This document shows, in pieces, positions 10,349 through 18,986 of a DNA stretch of 64,000 nucleotides (its first letter is position 1; every line of letters begins with the position of its first letter). The DNA comes from Polyangiaceae bacterium. GTDB lineage: Bacteria; Myxococcota_A; Polyangia; Polyangiales; Polyangiaceae. The position numbers and the translations under genes were made by a program. The stretch is from positions 2,151-66,150 of the forward strand of contig JAHBVY010000010.1 in the NCBI GenBank assembly GCA_019637265.1, written 5' to 3'. The notes under the pieces are model-generated. The model searched no databases and was not told the origin of the DNA. It worked only from the letters and a program-made list of their open reading frames with translations.

Positions 10349-10401
10349 GCGCGCTCCGTCAGGGACCCGTACCAAAGCCGGCGTTCCGCTCGCGGCGCGA
10401 G

Positions 10402-10797
10402 GTGCGCTTCCACGAGATCGACGCCGCGGGCATCGTGTTCTTCGCGCGGGTGCTCGACTACGTCCACGACCACTACACGGACTTCCTCGCCAGCGTCGGC
10501 AGCCCGCTGCCGGAGGTGCTCGCGGCGCGGAGCTGGGCGGCGCCCATCGGCCACGTGGAGGTCGACTACTTCGAGCCGCTCCGCTTCGGCGACGAGCTGA
10601 CCTTGATCCTCGCCGCGGCGCACGTGGAGGGCAGCCGCGTCACCCTGGCGCACCAGGTGCTGCGCCACGCCTCGAGCCGCGTCGCCGCGGTGGCGCAGAC
10701 GGCGCACGTGTTCGTCTCGCCGGAGGGCTTCCGCCCCATCCCGGTGCCGCCCGCCTTGCTCGCGCGCTTCCAGGCGCTGCCCCCAGCGCCTGGCTAG
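10402..10797 (+). CDS. acyl-CoA thioesterase, hotdog fold (YbgC/4HBT family)
   Basis: 'VRFHEIDAAGIVFFARVLDYVHDHYTDF' and the downstream hotdog core. The ORF opens at 10219 but its N-terminus runs through the direct repeat, so the GTG at 10402 is chosen as start. The start is uncertain. Confidence 0.65.
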   Translation: MRFHEIDAAGIVFFARVLDYVHDHYTDFLASVGSPLPEVLAARSWAAPIGHVEVDYFEPLRFGDELTLILAAAHVEGSRVTLAHQVLRHASSRVAAVAQTAHVFVSPEGFRPIPVPPALLARFQALPPAPG

Positions 10798-10898
10798 CGC
10801 CTCACGTCACCTGAGCTGACGAGCTGCACCTGGAAGCCACACCGCCTCACCAAGGCCTGCTGCGTGACGACTCCTGGCTCAGCGGAGCACTGACGAGC

Positions 10899-13130
10899 TC
10901 ACGGCTCGAGATCGTCCAGCGTGAGCAGGTACACCGTGAGCGCGTGGAGCTCTGCCTCGCTGAGGTGTGACGTGGTGCCGTGGCGATCGTCAGGATTGCG
11001 TTCCACTAGCACGTCGCGCAGGGTGTGGGCCGAGCCGTCGTGCAGGTAAGGCGCGCTCTTCCACAAGCCGCGTAAGGTCGGCGTGTCGAGGCCGGTGAGC
11101 GGCTCGCCCAGGCGCTGACCGCTACCCGCGCCGAGCGTCCCCACGTCGTGGAGCCGCGGCACGCCGTCCACCAGCTCGCTGTCGGTGAAGGCGCTCCCCG
11201 CGTGACAGCTGCTGCAGCCCGTCTCCGCGGCGAAGAACAGCGCCTCCCCCGCTCGCCGGGTGGCGAGCCACTCGGCCTCGATCGCGGCGCCCTCCGGCGG
11301 CCGATGCGGGCTCACCCCGAAGCGCGCGAGGCTCCGCACGTAGGCCGCCAGCGCGTCCAGCTCGGGGCTGAGCCCCGCCTTCGGCGGCCCCAGGCTGGGC
11401 CCCGCTTGCGCGAAGTGTGATTCCGCGAGGAAACCAGCGCCCTGCTGGGGCCCACGGATGTCGAGCTCGAAGTCTTGGACCTCGTCGAAGTTACCGCTCC
11501 AATGCAGCGCACCCAGCGGGAGTGAGCCGCGGCCCGCGAGCGGGATGGTGCCGCGCAGGCCCTCACCACGCCCACTGAAATCCCAGGTGAGGTTGTCACC
11601 CTCACCGTCTTGGTGACAGCTCGCGCAAGAAAGGTAGCTCGACTTACTCATCCGCGGATCCGCCGCGCGATGGAACAGCTGCTTGCCCAGCAGCACCTGC
11701 GGCGAGAGCGGCTCCTGCTGCACCACCGAAACGTCCGCCAACAGAGGCGACCCCACCTTCAAGTCCGAGACGTCATACACCCGCACGCTGCGCGACAAGC
11801 TCGCCGAGACGAACAACCGGTCGCCCGCCGCGCTCAGCGCGAGGCCATCCGGCGCGGCGCCCACCTCCACGAGCGACCCCGCCAGGTTCAAGCTGAACGC
11901 GTCCAAGATCATCACGCGCTCGCTGCCCGAGATGGCCACGTAGGCCAGCGCGCCGTTCGGCGAGAACACCACCGCCGAGGCGTAGTCCAGGTCGTCGAAG
12001 GCGTGGCGCCCGCCGCGCCGCTCCACGGGCGCCGCCCCGACATCCGAGGGCAGCTCCAGCACCCCGAGCACCGCGCGCGCCGTGGTGTCGAAGCTCAGGT
12101 CGCGCCCGGTGCGAAACAGCCCCGTCTGGTTGTTCGCCTTCAGCGCCGGCAGCCACGCCTGGTGCCCCGAGGGCGACGGCGCCACCTGGTTCATGAAGCT
12201 GAGCACGCCGTCATTGTCAGTATCACTGTTTAGTCCCAGGTCCGGCGGCAGCGAGAGCTCCTGCCATGAGGTGAGCTCCCCCGGCGACCTCACCTCGATC
12301 TGCGTCAGCCGGCTGCCCTGCTGGCTAGCCCGCCAGTGCGTCACCAGCACGCGGCCGTCGGGCAGCGCGGCCAGCCCTCGTGGCTCCGGCGCGACCCAGA
12401 GCCGCGCCTGGATGCGCGCCTCGCCCACCGGCACGCTCACCACCTCCCCACCGAAGGTCAGGCTCACGTAGAAGACCCCACCCCGCGGATCCGCCGTGAC
12501 CCCATACGGTGCGCTTCCGCGCGGCAACGACAGCCGCACCGGCGCGCCCCCCGACGTGAGCGGCAGCTGCACCAGCTCATCGCTCCCTTGGCAGGCCACC
12601 GCCAGCCATCGTTCATTTCCCTGACTGCCGAGGGCGAGGGTTCGGGGGTTGGTACAAACGGGCGTCTCCCGGATCACCCGCAGTCTCTCCACGTCCAGCT
12701 CCGTGACGCTCCCGGCGTCCGCGTTCACCACGAAGAGCGACGGCCCCGAGATGGTCAGGGTGGCGCTGTTCGTCGGTGGGAGCGCCAGCGGGCGCGGCAC
12801 AATAGCCAACGCGCGACTCGCCGTACGGCGCTGGCTCCCGGCGCGCGCCTCCACGCTCACGAGGAAGTGCCCCGGACGCTCGAACGCGTGACACGGCTCA
12901 GCGCCGCGCGCGCCGTCACCCCACACGTAGCTGACCTCGGCCCGCGCCGGGCTGACCTCCACCTGCAAGCACACCGGCTCCCCCACGTAGCCGACCTCAG
13001 GCCCCGTGAGCTCCCCCAGGCTGAGCTGGGGCGCGCCACCCGAAGGCGCCGCCTCATCCCCACAGGCGATCGCGATCGATACCGCGCCCAACACCAAGGC
13101 CCACCGGCTCACCTCGCCGCGAGGGCCCAT
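10899..13130 (-). CDS. lipoprotein: YVTN-type beta-propeller fused to a di-haem cytochrome c peroxidase (CCP/MauG-like) domain
   Basis: Lipoprotein signal ('AVSIAIAC'), beta-propeller repeats in the N-terminal half, and two haem-binding CxxCH motifs ('CASCHQDG', 'CSSCHAGS') in the C-terminal half. Confidence 0.75.
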   Translation of the reverse strand: MGPRGEVSRWALVLGAVSIAIACGDEAAPSGGAPQLSLGELTGPEVGYVGEPVCLQVEVSPARAEVSYVWGDGARGAEPCHAFERPGHFLVSVEARAGSQRRTASRALAIVPRPLALPPTNSATLTISGPSLFVVNADAGSVTELDVERLRVIRETPVCTNPRTLALGSQGNERWLAVACQGSDELVQLPLTSGGAPVRLSLPRGSAPYGVTADPRGGVFYVSLTFGGEVVSVPVGEARIQARLWVAPEPRGLAALPDGRVLVTHWRASQQGSRLTQIEVRSPGELTSWQELSLPPDLGLNSDTDNDGVLSFMNQVAPSPSGHQAWLPALKANNQTGLFRTGRDLSFDTTARAVLGVLELPSDVGAAPVERRGGRHAFDDLDYASAVVFSPNGALAYVAISGSERVMILDAFSLNLAGSLVEVGAAPDGLALSAAGDRLFVSASLSRSVRVYDVSDLKVGSPLLADVSVVQQEPLSPQVLLGKQLFHRAADPRMSKSSYLSCASCHQDGEGDNLTWDFSGRGEGLRGTIPLAGRGSLPLGALHWSGNFDEVQDFELDIRGPQQGAGFLAESHFAQAGPSLGPPKAGLSPELDALAAYVRSLARFGVSPHRPPEGAAIEAEWLATRRAGEALFFAAETGCSSCHAGSAFTDSELVDGVPRLHDVGTLGAGSGQRLGEPLTGLDTPTLRGLWKSAPYLHDGSAHTLRDVLVERNPDDRHGTTSHLSEAELHALTVYLLTLDDLEP

Positions 13131-13132
13131 CG

Positions 13133-14761
13133 CTACTCCCCCGTGGTGAAGCTCGCGCGGAAGGCGGCGCGGGTTGGGTTGCCGTTCACGTCGATGATCC
13201 CCCCCGCCGGCACCACCACCTCATAGGTGGTGTTCGCCTCGAGCGGCTCCTTGGGCCAGAAGCTCAGGATCCCTTCCTGCCCCGAGTAGTGCCCCTGAAG
13301 CGGCCCCTGGCAGCCCTGCTTCACCACGTGAAACGACCCGGCGAACACCGACCCCAGCTCCACGAACTCACTCAGCGTGATCCCCACGCGGCTGGTGCGA
13401 GCGACGCCCTGCGCACCGTCAGGAGGATTGACCATGGTGACGATGGGCCCCAAGGTGTCCGGCGCCGCGTCCATCGCGAACACCTGGCTCGCGCGGTCGG
13501 CGACGTCGCCGCTCGGGTGCTCCTGAGAGCGGTTGTTCTCGTCGCTCGAGGCGATCACCACGTTGCCGATCGGGAGCAAGGTGTCGAGGTCCCCCGGGCT
13601 CTCCTTCGGGGGATCCACCGACTGGAGGTAGAAGGTGTGCTCCAGCGTCACCCGAGCAGGGTCTTTGATGTCGAACACGGACGCGAAGGACGAATCACCG
13701 ACGAAGGCGCGGTCGTCCTTCAGGTAGACGTAGCCGCCGTTGCTGTGGGGAGGGCTATTTCCACCCAGATAGGTTGGGCGCGAAGGGTCCTTGATGTCGT
13801 AGATGATGAGCCCGCCCCCGCCGCCTTTCCGCGCGAACAGCAGCTTGTCGCCGTTCACATGGGAGTGATACACGTCGCGAGGAACGCCCGCCTCATCCGT
13901 CACCTCGAAGGTGCCGCCAGGGATGGGCTGGGGGGCTGCCGGATCGCTGATGTCGAGCAGCGCCACGCGGGAGCCCTCGGCCGCGGTGACCACCAGGAGG
14001 TTCCCGACGGCGAAGATGCCGCCGGCGCGCAGCGGCACTTCGAAGCGGTACTGCGTGACGAGCGTGGGGTTCGCGGGGTCGGTGGCGTCCACGACGTAGA
14101 GCCCGTTGTCCGAGCCCGCCACGTACACGTAGGGCGCCTGCCAGAACAGGCTCATCACTACCCGCGCGTAGGCGTCCGGGTAGAAGACGCCAGGCAGCAC
14201 CAGATCGGCGACGCGCGCGGGGCGCGTGACCTCGCTCATGTCCCAGAAGCTCAGCCCCTGGAGGTGCGCCACCACCATGTGGCGCCCCGCGTGGGTGCTG
14301 ACGCCCGTCGCGTGGGTCTCACGGATCGCCAGCGCCCGCTCGTGGTGTAGCGCCTTCGGCGCGCAGGCGTCGCTGAAGTCGAACACGCTGATCACCCCGT
14401 CACCCCACTCGGGCACCAGGGGCATCACCAGGTAGCCATCCAGCATGAAGCCGGTGTTGTGGTGATCCGTGTCGTGCTCCCCACCATCCAAGAAGGCGCA
14501 GGGGGTGCTGGCCGGCGCCTCACTGAAGCTCTGGGTGGGGCCACCAGGCCCCGACATCGGCGTGAAGGCGCTCGGCGCGGGCGGCGCGGCGCGGCACGCC
14601 GCGTCCGTATTTCCATGCTCAATTGGGTCCTCACCACCGCAAGCCAGGCACCAAACGGGAGCAAGCCAGGGCAGCAGGGCGCGGCCCCTGCCGCGCCGAA
14701 GGGCACCGAGCCCCACCGGCAGCGGCGAGGGGCGGAGCGTACGGGGGAAAGGCGCTGTCAC
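13133..14761 (-). CDS. secreted lipoprotein with LVIVD-type beta-propeller repeats and a C-terminal Ig-like domain
   Basis: Signal peptide with Cys ('WCLACGG') and repeated 'YVYVAGSDNGLYVVDATDPANP'-type blades. It lies 2 bp upstream of the CCP-propeller gene, so the two are probably co-transcribed. Confidence 0.6.
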   Translation of the reverse strand: MTAPFPRTLRPSPLPVGLGALRRGRGRALLPWLAPVWCLACGGEDPIEHGNTDAACRAAPPAPSAFTPMSGPGGPTQSFSEAPASTPCAFLDGGEHDTDHHNTGFMLDGYLVMPLVPEWGDGVISVFDFSDACAPKALHHERALAIRETHATGVSTHAGRHMVVAHLQGLSFWDMSEVTRPARVADLVLPGVFYPDAYARVVMSLFWQAPYVYVAGSDNGLYVVDATDPANPTLVTQYRFEVPLRAGGIFAVGNLLVVTAAEGSRVALLDISDPAAPQPIPGGTFEVTDEAGVPRDVYHSHVNGDKLLFARKGGGGGLIIYDIKDPSRPTYLGGNSPPHSNGGYVYLKDDRAFVGDSSFASVFDIKDPARVTLEHTFYLQSVDPPKESPGDLDTLLPIGNVVIASSDENNRSQEHPSGDVADRASQVFAMDAAPDTLGPIVTMVNPPDGAQGVARTSRVGITLSEFVELGSVFAGSFHVVKQGCQGPLQGHYSGQEGILSFWPKEPLEANTTYEVVVPAGGIIDVNGNPTRAAFRASFTTGE

Positions 14762-14911
14762 CCGGGGAACTTACCACGTGTGAAGCCATCCCGCGCCGTG
14801 CAGCGCCTCACCCAACGCGAGTCCTCGCGAGGCCTCCGGGCGCCTGAGCACCGGCAGCGGCGCTCGACAGGAGCGGCGCGAGCGGCGCGGGCTCGCAGCG
14901 CTCACCGGGGA

Positions 14912-14928
14912 GGTGCCGTCCAACCCCC
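14912..14928 (+). promoter_or_regulatory. copy (a) of the dispersed motif GGTGCCGTCCAACCCC(+C/A-rich tail)
   Basis: Exact 16-mer shared with 29989, 43933 and 49298 (reverse). It lies ~100 bp upstream of the likely PrsW start, in the same orientation as the gene. Confidence 0.35.
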
Positions 14929-15026
14929 TGATCGATCTCCCGCTACCCGCCGGGGCGAGTTTGTTCGATGTCCCCCCAAACAATCTCCGTTCTACCCCCG
15001 TCGGTTTCACGATACCGTCCGGGTCT

Positions 15027-16178
15027 ATGCCTGGCGCACCCACGACCTCGAAGGAGAAGCAGCTGGCTTGGCTCGGCGTGAGCCTGTGGGCCATCGGCTG
15101 CCTGATCGGGTCCTTCTTCTTGTTCTGGATGTTCATCGTCACCCCGGCGATGACGGACTACTTCGGGGAGATCCTGTTCGCGCAGGTGATCGCGGCGATG
15201 TTCGCGATCCCCGCCTGCTTGGTCTACATGACCGTCCCCTGGATCGTGGACCGCTTCGACCCGGAGCCGTGGTGGGCGCTCGCGATGGCGTTCCTCTGGG
15301 GCGCGCTGGCGGCGGCGGGCTTCTCTGGCTTCATCAACACGATGATGGGCACCCTGGGCTACGCCATCGCCGGGAAGGGTGGCGGTGACTTCTTCGGCGC
15401 GGTGATCAGCGCGCCGCTGGTGGAAGAGGCGTTCAAGGGCATGGCCGTGCTCGGCATGTTCTGGTTCATGCGCCGCGAGTTCGACGGCGTCGTGGACGGC
15501 ATGATCTACGGCGTGTTCGCGGCGCTCGGCTTCGCGATGACGGAGAACGTGCTCTACTACTCGAGCGCGATCGCCAAGGGGAACATCGCGGGCACCGGCG
15601 CTGGTGAGTTCACCTTCCAATTCGTGATGCGCGGGATCCTGAAGCCGTGGGGGCACCCGCTGTACACCGCCATGATCGGGCTCGGAGTGGGCCTCGCGCG
15701 GGAGAGCACCAAGGGGTGGGTGAAGTGGGTCGCGCCCATCACGGGCTACTTCATTGGCGTGTTCTTCCACGCGCTGTGGAACTTCACCGCGGTGCTCAGC
15801 GGCTGGACGGGGATCCCCTTGGTCTTCTTGCTGCTCATCATGTACTTCATCGTGCTGATCCTCTTCATGTCGATGGTGATTTGGCTCGTCGCGCGCGAAG
15901 GGAAAACACTGCGCAAGAACCTCGAGGACGAGGTGCTGATGGGCAACATGACGAAGGAAGATTTGGACCTCATCTGCTCACCCTTCGGTCGCCTCAAAGG
16001 GCGCCTGCGCAAGGGCGCCAAGGGGCACCGCATGGTGATGGTGGGCGTGCGCCTGGGGATGGCCAAATGGCACGCCGCGCGCGCCATGAAAGGTCAGAAG
16101 CAGACCATCAGCATCCAGTCCATCGTGCCGCTCCGTCAGGAGCTGATCGCCCTGCGCCAAGAGCTGTACGGGCGCTGA
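15027..16178 (+). CDS. PrsW-family intramembrane protease
   Basis: Polytopic membrane protein with the PrsW signature motifs 'EEAFKG' (EExxK), 'FAMTE' (FxxxE) and 'HALWN' (HxxxN). The ORF opens at 14913, but its first codons are the dispersed repeat, so the ATG at 15027 is preferred. Confidence 0.8.
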   Translation: MPGAPTTSKEKQLAWLGVSLWAIGCLIGSFFLFWMFIVTPAMTDYFGEILFAQVIAAMFAIPACLVYMTVPWIVDRFDPEPWWALAMAFLWGALAAAGFSGFINTMMGTLGYAIAGKGGGDFFGAVISAPLVEEAFKGMAVLGMFWFMRREFDGVVDGMIYGVFAALGFAMTENVLYYSSAIAKGNIAGTGAGEFTFQFVMRGILKPWGHPLYTAMIGLGVGLARESTKGWVKWVAPITGYFIGVFFHALWNFTAVLSGWTGIPLVFLLLIMYFIVLILFMSMVIWLVAREGKTLRKNLEDEVLMGNMTKEDLDLICSPFGRLKGRLRKGAKGHRMVMVGVRLGMAKWHAARAMKGQKQTISIQSIVPLRQELIALRQELYGR

Positions 16179-16314
16179 CGCTAGGCTGCGGCAGCAAGCC
16201 CGTCAGGTCGGCTCACGATGGAAGGCGGGCGGGCTCGAGCCCGCCCTTCAGCGCATCGAAGCGCCCACGACGCACGCCCAAAGCGGCGCGCCTGAGCGTC
16301 AGTGCATCTGAGGG

Positions 16315-17523
16315 TCAGCTCAGCTGCCGCTTGAGCTCCAGGCGCCCCACCTGGGCCAGGTGCACTTCATCGGGGCCATCCGCCAGGCGCAGGGTGCGGA
16401 TGTGCGCGTAGGCGCGCGCCAAGAAGGTGTCCTGAGACACCCCGGCGCCGCCGTGGATTTGAATCGCGCGATCGATCACCCGGAGCGCCATCCGCGGCGC
16501 CACCACCTTGATCTGCGCGATCTCCGAGCGCGCCGCTTTGTTCCCCGCTTGGTCCATCTTCCAAGCGGCGTTCAAGGTGAGCAGGCGCGCTTGATCGATC
16601 TCGATGCGACACTCGGCGATCAGCTGTTGATTGACGCCCATCTCCGCCAAGCGGCGCCCGAACGCGACGCGCGACGCCGCGCGCTGACACAAGAGCTCGA
16701 GCGCGCGCTCCGCCATCCCGATCGTGCGCATCGTGTGGTGAATGCGCCCCGGCCCCAGGCGCCCTTGCGCGATCTCGAAGCCGCGCCCCTCACCGAGCAG
16801 CAGGTGGTGCTTCGGCACCCGCACGTCGTTGAACATCACCTCCGCGTGGCCATGAGGTGCGTCATCATAGCCAAACACGTGGAGCATGCGCGTCACCTCC
16901 ACGCCCGGCGCGTCCATCGGCACCAAGATCATGCTCTGCTGCTGGTGCTTCGGCGCGCTGTCGTCGGTGCGCCCCATGAAGATGCAGATCTTGCAGCGCG
17001 GGTCGCCGGCGCCGCTCGTGAACCACTTGCGGCCGCTGAGGACGTAGCTGTCTCCCTCCGCGCGTATTTGCGCCTGGATATTGGTCGCGTCGCTGGAGGC
17101 GACGTCCGGCTCGGTCATGGCGAAGCAAGAGCGGATCTCCCCGCGGAGCAGCGGCTCCAGCCACTCGCGGCGCTGCGCCTCCGTGCCGTAGCGCACCAGC
17201 ACCTCCATGTTGCCGGTGTCCGGCGCGTTGCAATTGAACACCTCCGGCGCGATGAACGAGCGACCCATCACCTCGCAGAGCGGCGCGTACTCCACGTTCG
17301 TCAGCCCCGCGCCGTACTCGCTGTCGGGCAAGAACAGGTTCCAGAGACCAGCGGCGCGCGCCTTGGCCTTCAGCTCCTCCATCAGCGGGGGCACCTGCCA
17401 ACGCGTGGGCCCAGCGTCGAGCGCCGCCTCGAACGCCGCCTCCGCCGGGTAGACCTCATCTCGCATGAAGTCAGTCAGTTTTTCCATCAGCGCGAGCACC
17501 CGCGGCGAATGAGCGAAGTCCAT
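16315..17523 (-). CDS. acyl-CoA dehydrogenase family protein
   Basis: 402 aa with an ACAD N-terminal helical domain, middle beta domain, and C-terminal catalytic region ('...[33 protein letters not shown]'). Confidence 0.9.
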   Translation of the reverse strand: MDFAHSPRVLALMEKLTDFMRDEVYPAEAAFEAALDAGPTRWQVPPLMEELKAKARAAGLWNLFLPDSEYGAGLTNVEYAPLCEVMGRSFIAPEVFNCNAPDTGNMEVLVRYGTEAQRREWLEPLLRGEIRSCFAMTEPDVASSDATNIQAQIRAEGDSYVLSGRKWFTSGAGDPRCKICIFMGRTDDSAPKHQQQSMILVPMDAPGVEVTRMLHVFGYDDAPHGHAEVMFNDVRVPKHHLLLGEGRGFEIAQGRLGPGRIHHTMRTIGMAERALELLCQRAASRVAFGRRLAEMGVNQQLIAECRIEIDQARLLTLNAAWKMDQAGNKAARSEIAQIKVVAPRMALRVIDRAIQIHGGAGVSQDTFLARAYAHIRTLRLADGPDEVHLAQVGRLELKRQLS

Positions 17524-17754
17524 GGGCGCCTTGTAGTCGCTCTGAAGGGGTGCACCAAGCGCACCTCACGCGCGTCGGCGGCGTGCGCGCTGCGCGGCCG
17601 CCCAGCTCCCACGAGCTCCACCAAACGCCCGCCAGCGTTGCCTCCCAATGACCCTACCCGTTTGCACCACGCGCCCCGGAGCGAGCCCCGTTTATCGAGT
17701 TGCGGTGGGCGCGCCGCGTGGCACCCTGAGGCCGTGCTCCGCGACGATTTCATC

Positions 17755-18129
17755 ATGAAGCAGCTCCAGCGCGCGCTCGAAGCGATGGCGCGCGCCGTCG
17801 GGATGCAGGTGCGAGGAGACGATGAGGCGGCGCTGAAGCAGCTGCAGCAGGGCTACCTCGAGGCGCTGCGGGTGGACCGCCACACCTTCGAGGAGCTGGA
17901 CACCGGTACGCTGGTCAGCCTGCTCGGCCCGAAGGAGACCGTGCGGATCTTGGCGCGGCTGATGACCACCGAGGCGCGCTCCCTCGAGCGCCTGGGTCAA
18001 GTGGACCTCGCCGCGCGCCGCCGCACCCGCGCGATCGAGTTCTACGGCGCGGTGGGCGCCGACCCCGACGACAAGGAGACCCTGAAGGAGCTCTACGCCT
18101 GGCTGAAGAGCCGGCGTCAGCCGAGCTGA
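17755..18129 (+). CDS. hypothetical protein (124 aa)
   Basis: ATG lies in the 3' part of a long antisense-artifact ORF. It is divergent from the ACAD gene. No motif recognised. Confidence 0.45.
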   Translation: MKQLQRALEAMARAVGMQVRGDDEAALKQLQQGYLEALRVDRHTFEELDTGTLVSLLGPKETVRILARLMTTEARSLERLGQVDLAARRRTRAIEFYGAVGADPDDKETLKELYAWLKSRRQPS

Positions 18130-18300
18130 GCACCTCAAGCCGCTCGACCCAGCCGCTCGACCCAGCCGCGCGCGGAGCCGAAGCCAACGCCAGGCCTCGA
18201 GCCACTCGGCGCCCTGAGCACGCTCCCACGCCGCAAGGGCCTTGAAGTATCCGCGCTCTTGACGAGCGGGGGGCACCTCTGAACACTGCCCTTCGTTCCC

Positions 18301-18957
18301 TTGAGCGACGAACACTTCAAGCTGTGCAGCAGCTGCCGCGCGCCCATCGGCTTCCAGCAGGCGTACTACGCGTGCAGCGTGTCCACGTGCAACCGGCAGC
18401 GCGTCGGGCTCTACTTCTGCTCCCTGCCTTGTTGGGAAGCGCACCTGCCCATGATGCGCCACCGCGACGCCTGGGCGGAAGAGCGCCGCGCGCCCACCCA
18501 AGCGGAGCACGCGAGAGCCCAGGCGGAGGAGGCGCGCTCGAAGCAGGGCGAGAGCAAGCGCCCTCAGGGCGAGAGCAAGGCGCGCGCAGCGCCGAGCGAA
18601 GCACCTAAGCAGGGCAACGAACCAACGCGCGACCCGCGCCACGACAGCCCACCTGACCTCACCCCCATGCAGCGTGAGGCGCGCCTCGGCGTCGTGCGCC
18701 GCGGAGCAGAGTCAGCCGACATGACTAGTGAGCCAGACCAGGAACCTTCAGACGACGACTTGCCGCGTGACGTGCTGATCGTCATCTCCAAGCTGAAGCA
18801 CTACATCAAGGCGCGCTCCGGCTTCAACACCTCGGACCAAGTCGCCCAGGTGCTGAGCGACCACGTCAGGCGCGTGTGCGTGGAGGCGATCAAGAACGCC
18901 GCGCGCGACGGGCGTAAGACCGTGCTCGATCGCGACTTCCTCAAGGCCGTCCGCTGA
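18301..18957 (+). CDS. zinc-ribbon plus histone-fold domain protein (bacterial histone-like)
   Basis: N-terminal Cys cluster ('CSSC...CSVSTC...CSLPC..H'), then a long basic/acidic linker. The C-terminal ~65 aa 'VLIVISKLKHYIKARSGFNTSDQVAQVLSDHVRRVCVEAIKNAARDGRKTVLDRDFLKAV' aligns with archaeal histone HMfB ('...RVSDDARITLAKILEEMGRDIASEAIKLARHAGRKTIKAEDIELAV'). Confidence 0.6.
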   Translation: MSDEHFKLCSSCRAPIGFQQAYYACSVSTCNRQRVGLYFCSLPCWEAHLPMMRHRDAWAEERRAPTQAEHARAQAEEARSKQGESKRPQGESKARAAPSEAPKQGNEPTRDPRHDSPPDLTPMQREARLGVVRRGAESADMTSEPDQEPSDDDLPRDVLIVISKLKHYIKARSGFNTSDQVAQVLSDHVRRVCVEAIKNAARDGRKTVLDRDFLKAVR

Positions 18958-18986
18958 GCCAGACGCAGACGACGAGGACGCCGGCA

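Noticed and set aside
14913-15026. N-terminal 38 codons of the PrsW-like ORF (MPSNPLIDL...)
   Set aside because: These codons are the dispersed GGTGCCGTCCAACCCC repeat read in frame. The downstream ATG at 15027 is the more credible start.
16360-18129. 589-aa plus-strand ORF
   Set aside because: Its first ~460 codons are antisense to the well-supported acyl-CoA dehydrogenase gene and have Arg/Ala/His-rich GC-frame composition. Only the 3' 124 codons (17755..18129) are kept as a hypothetical gene.
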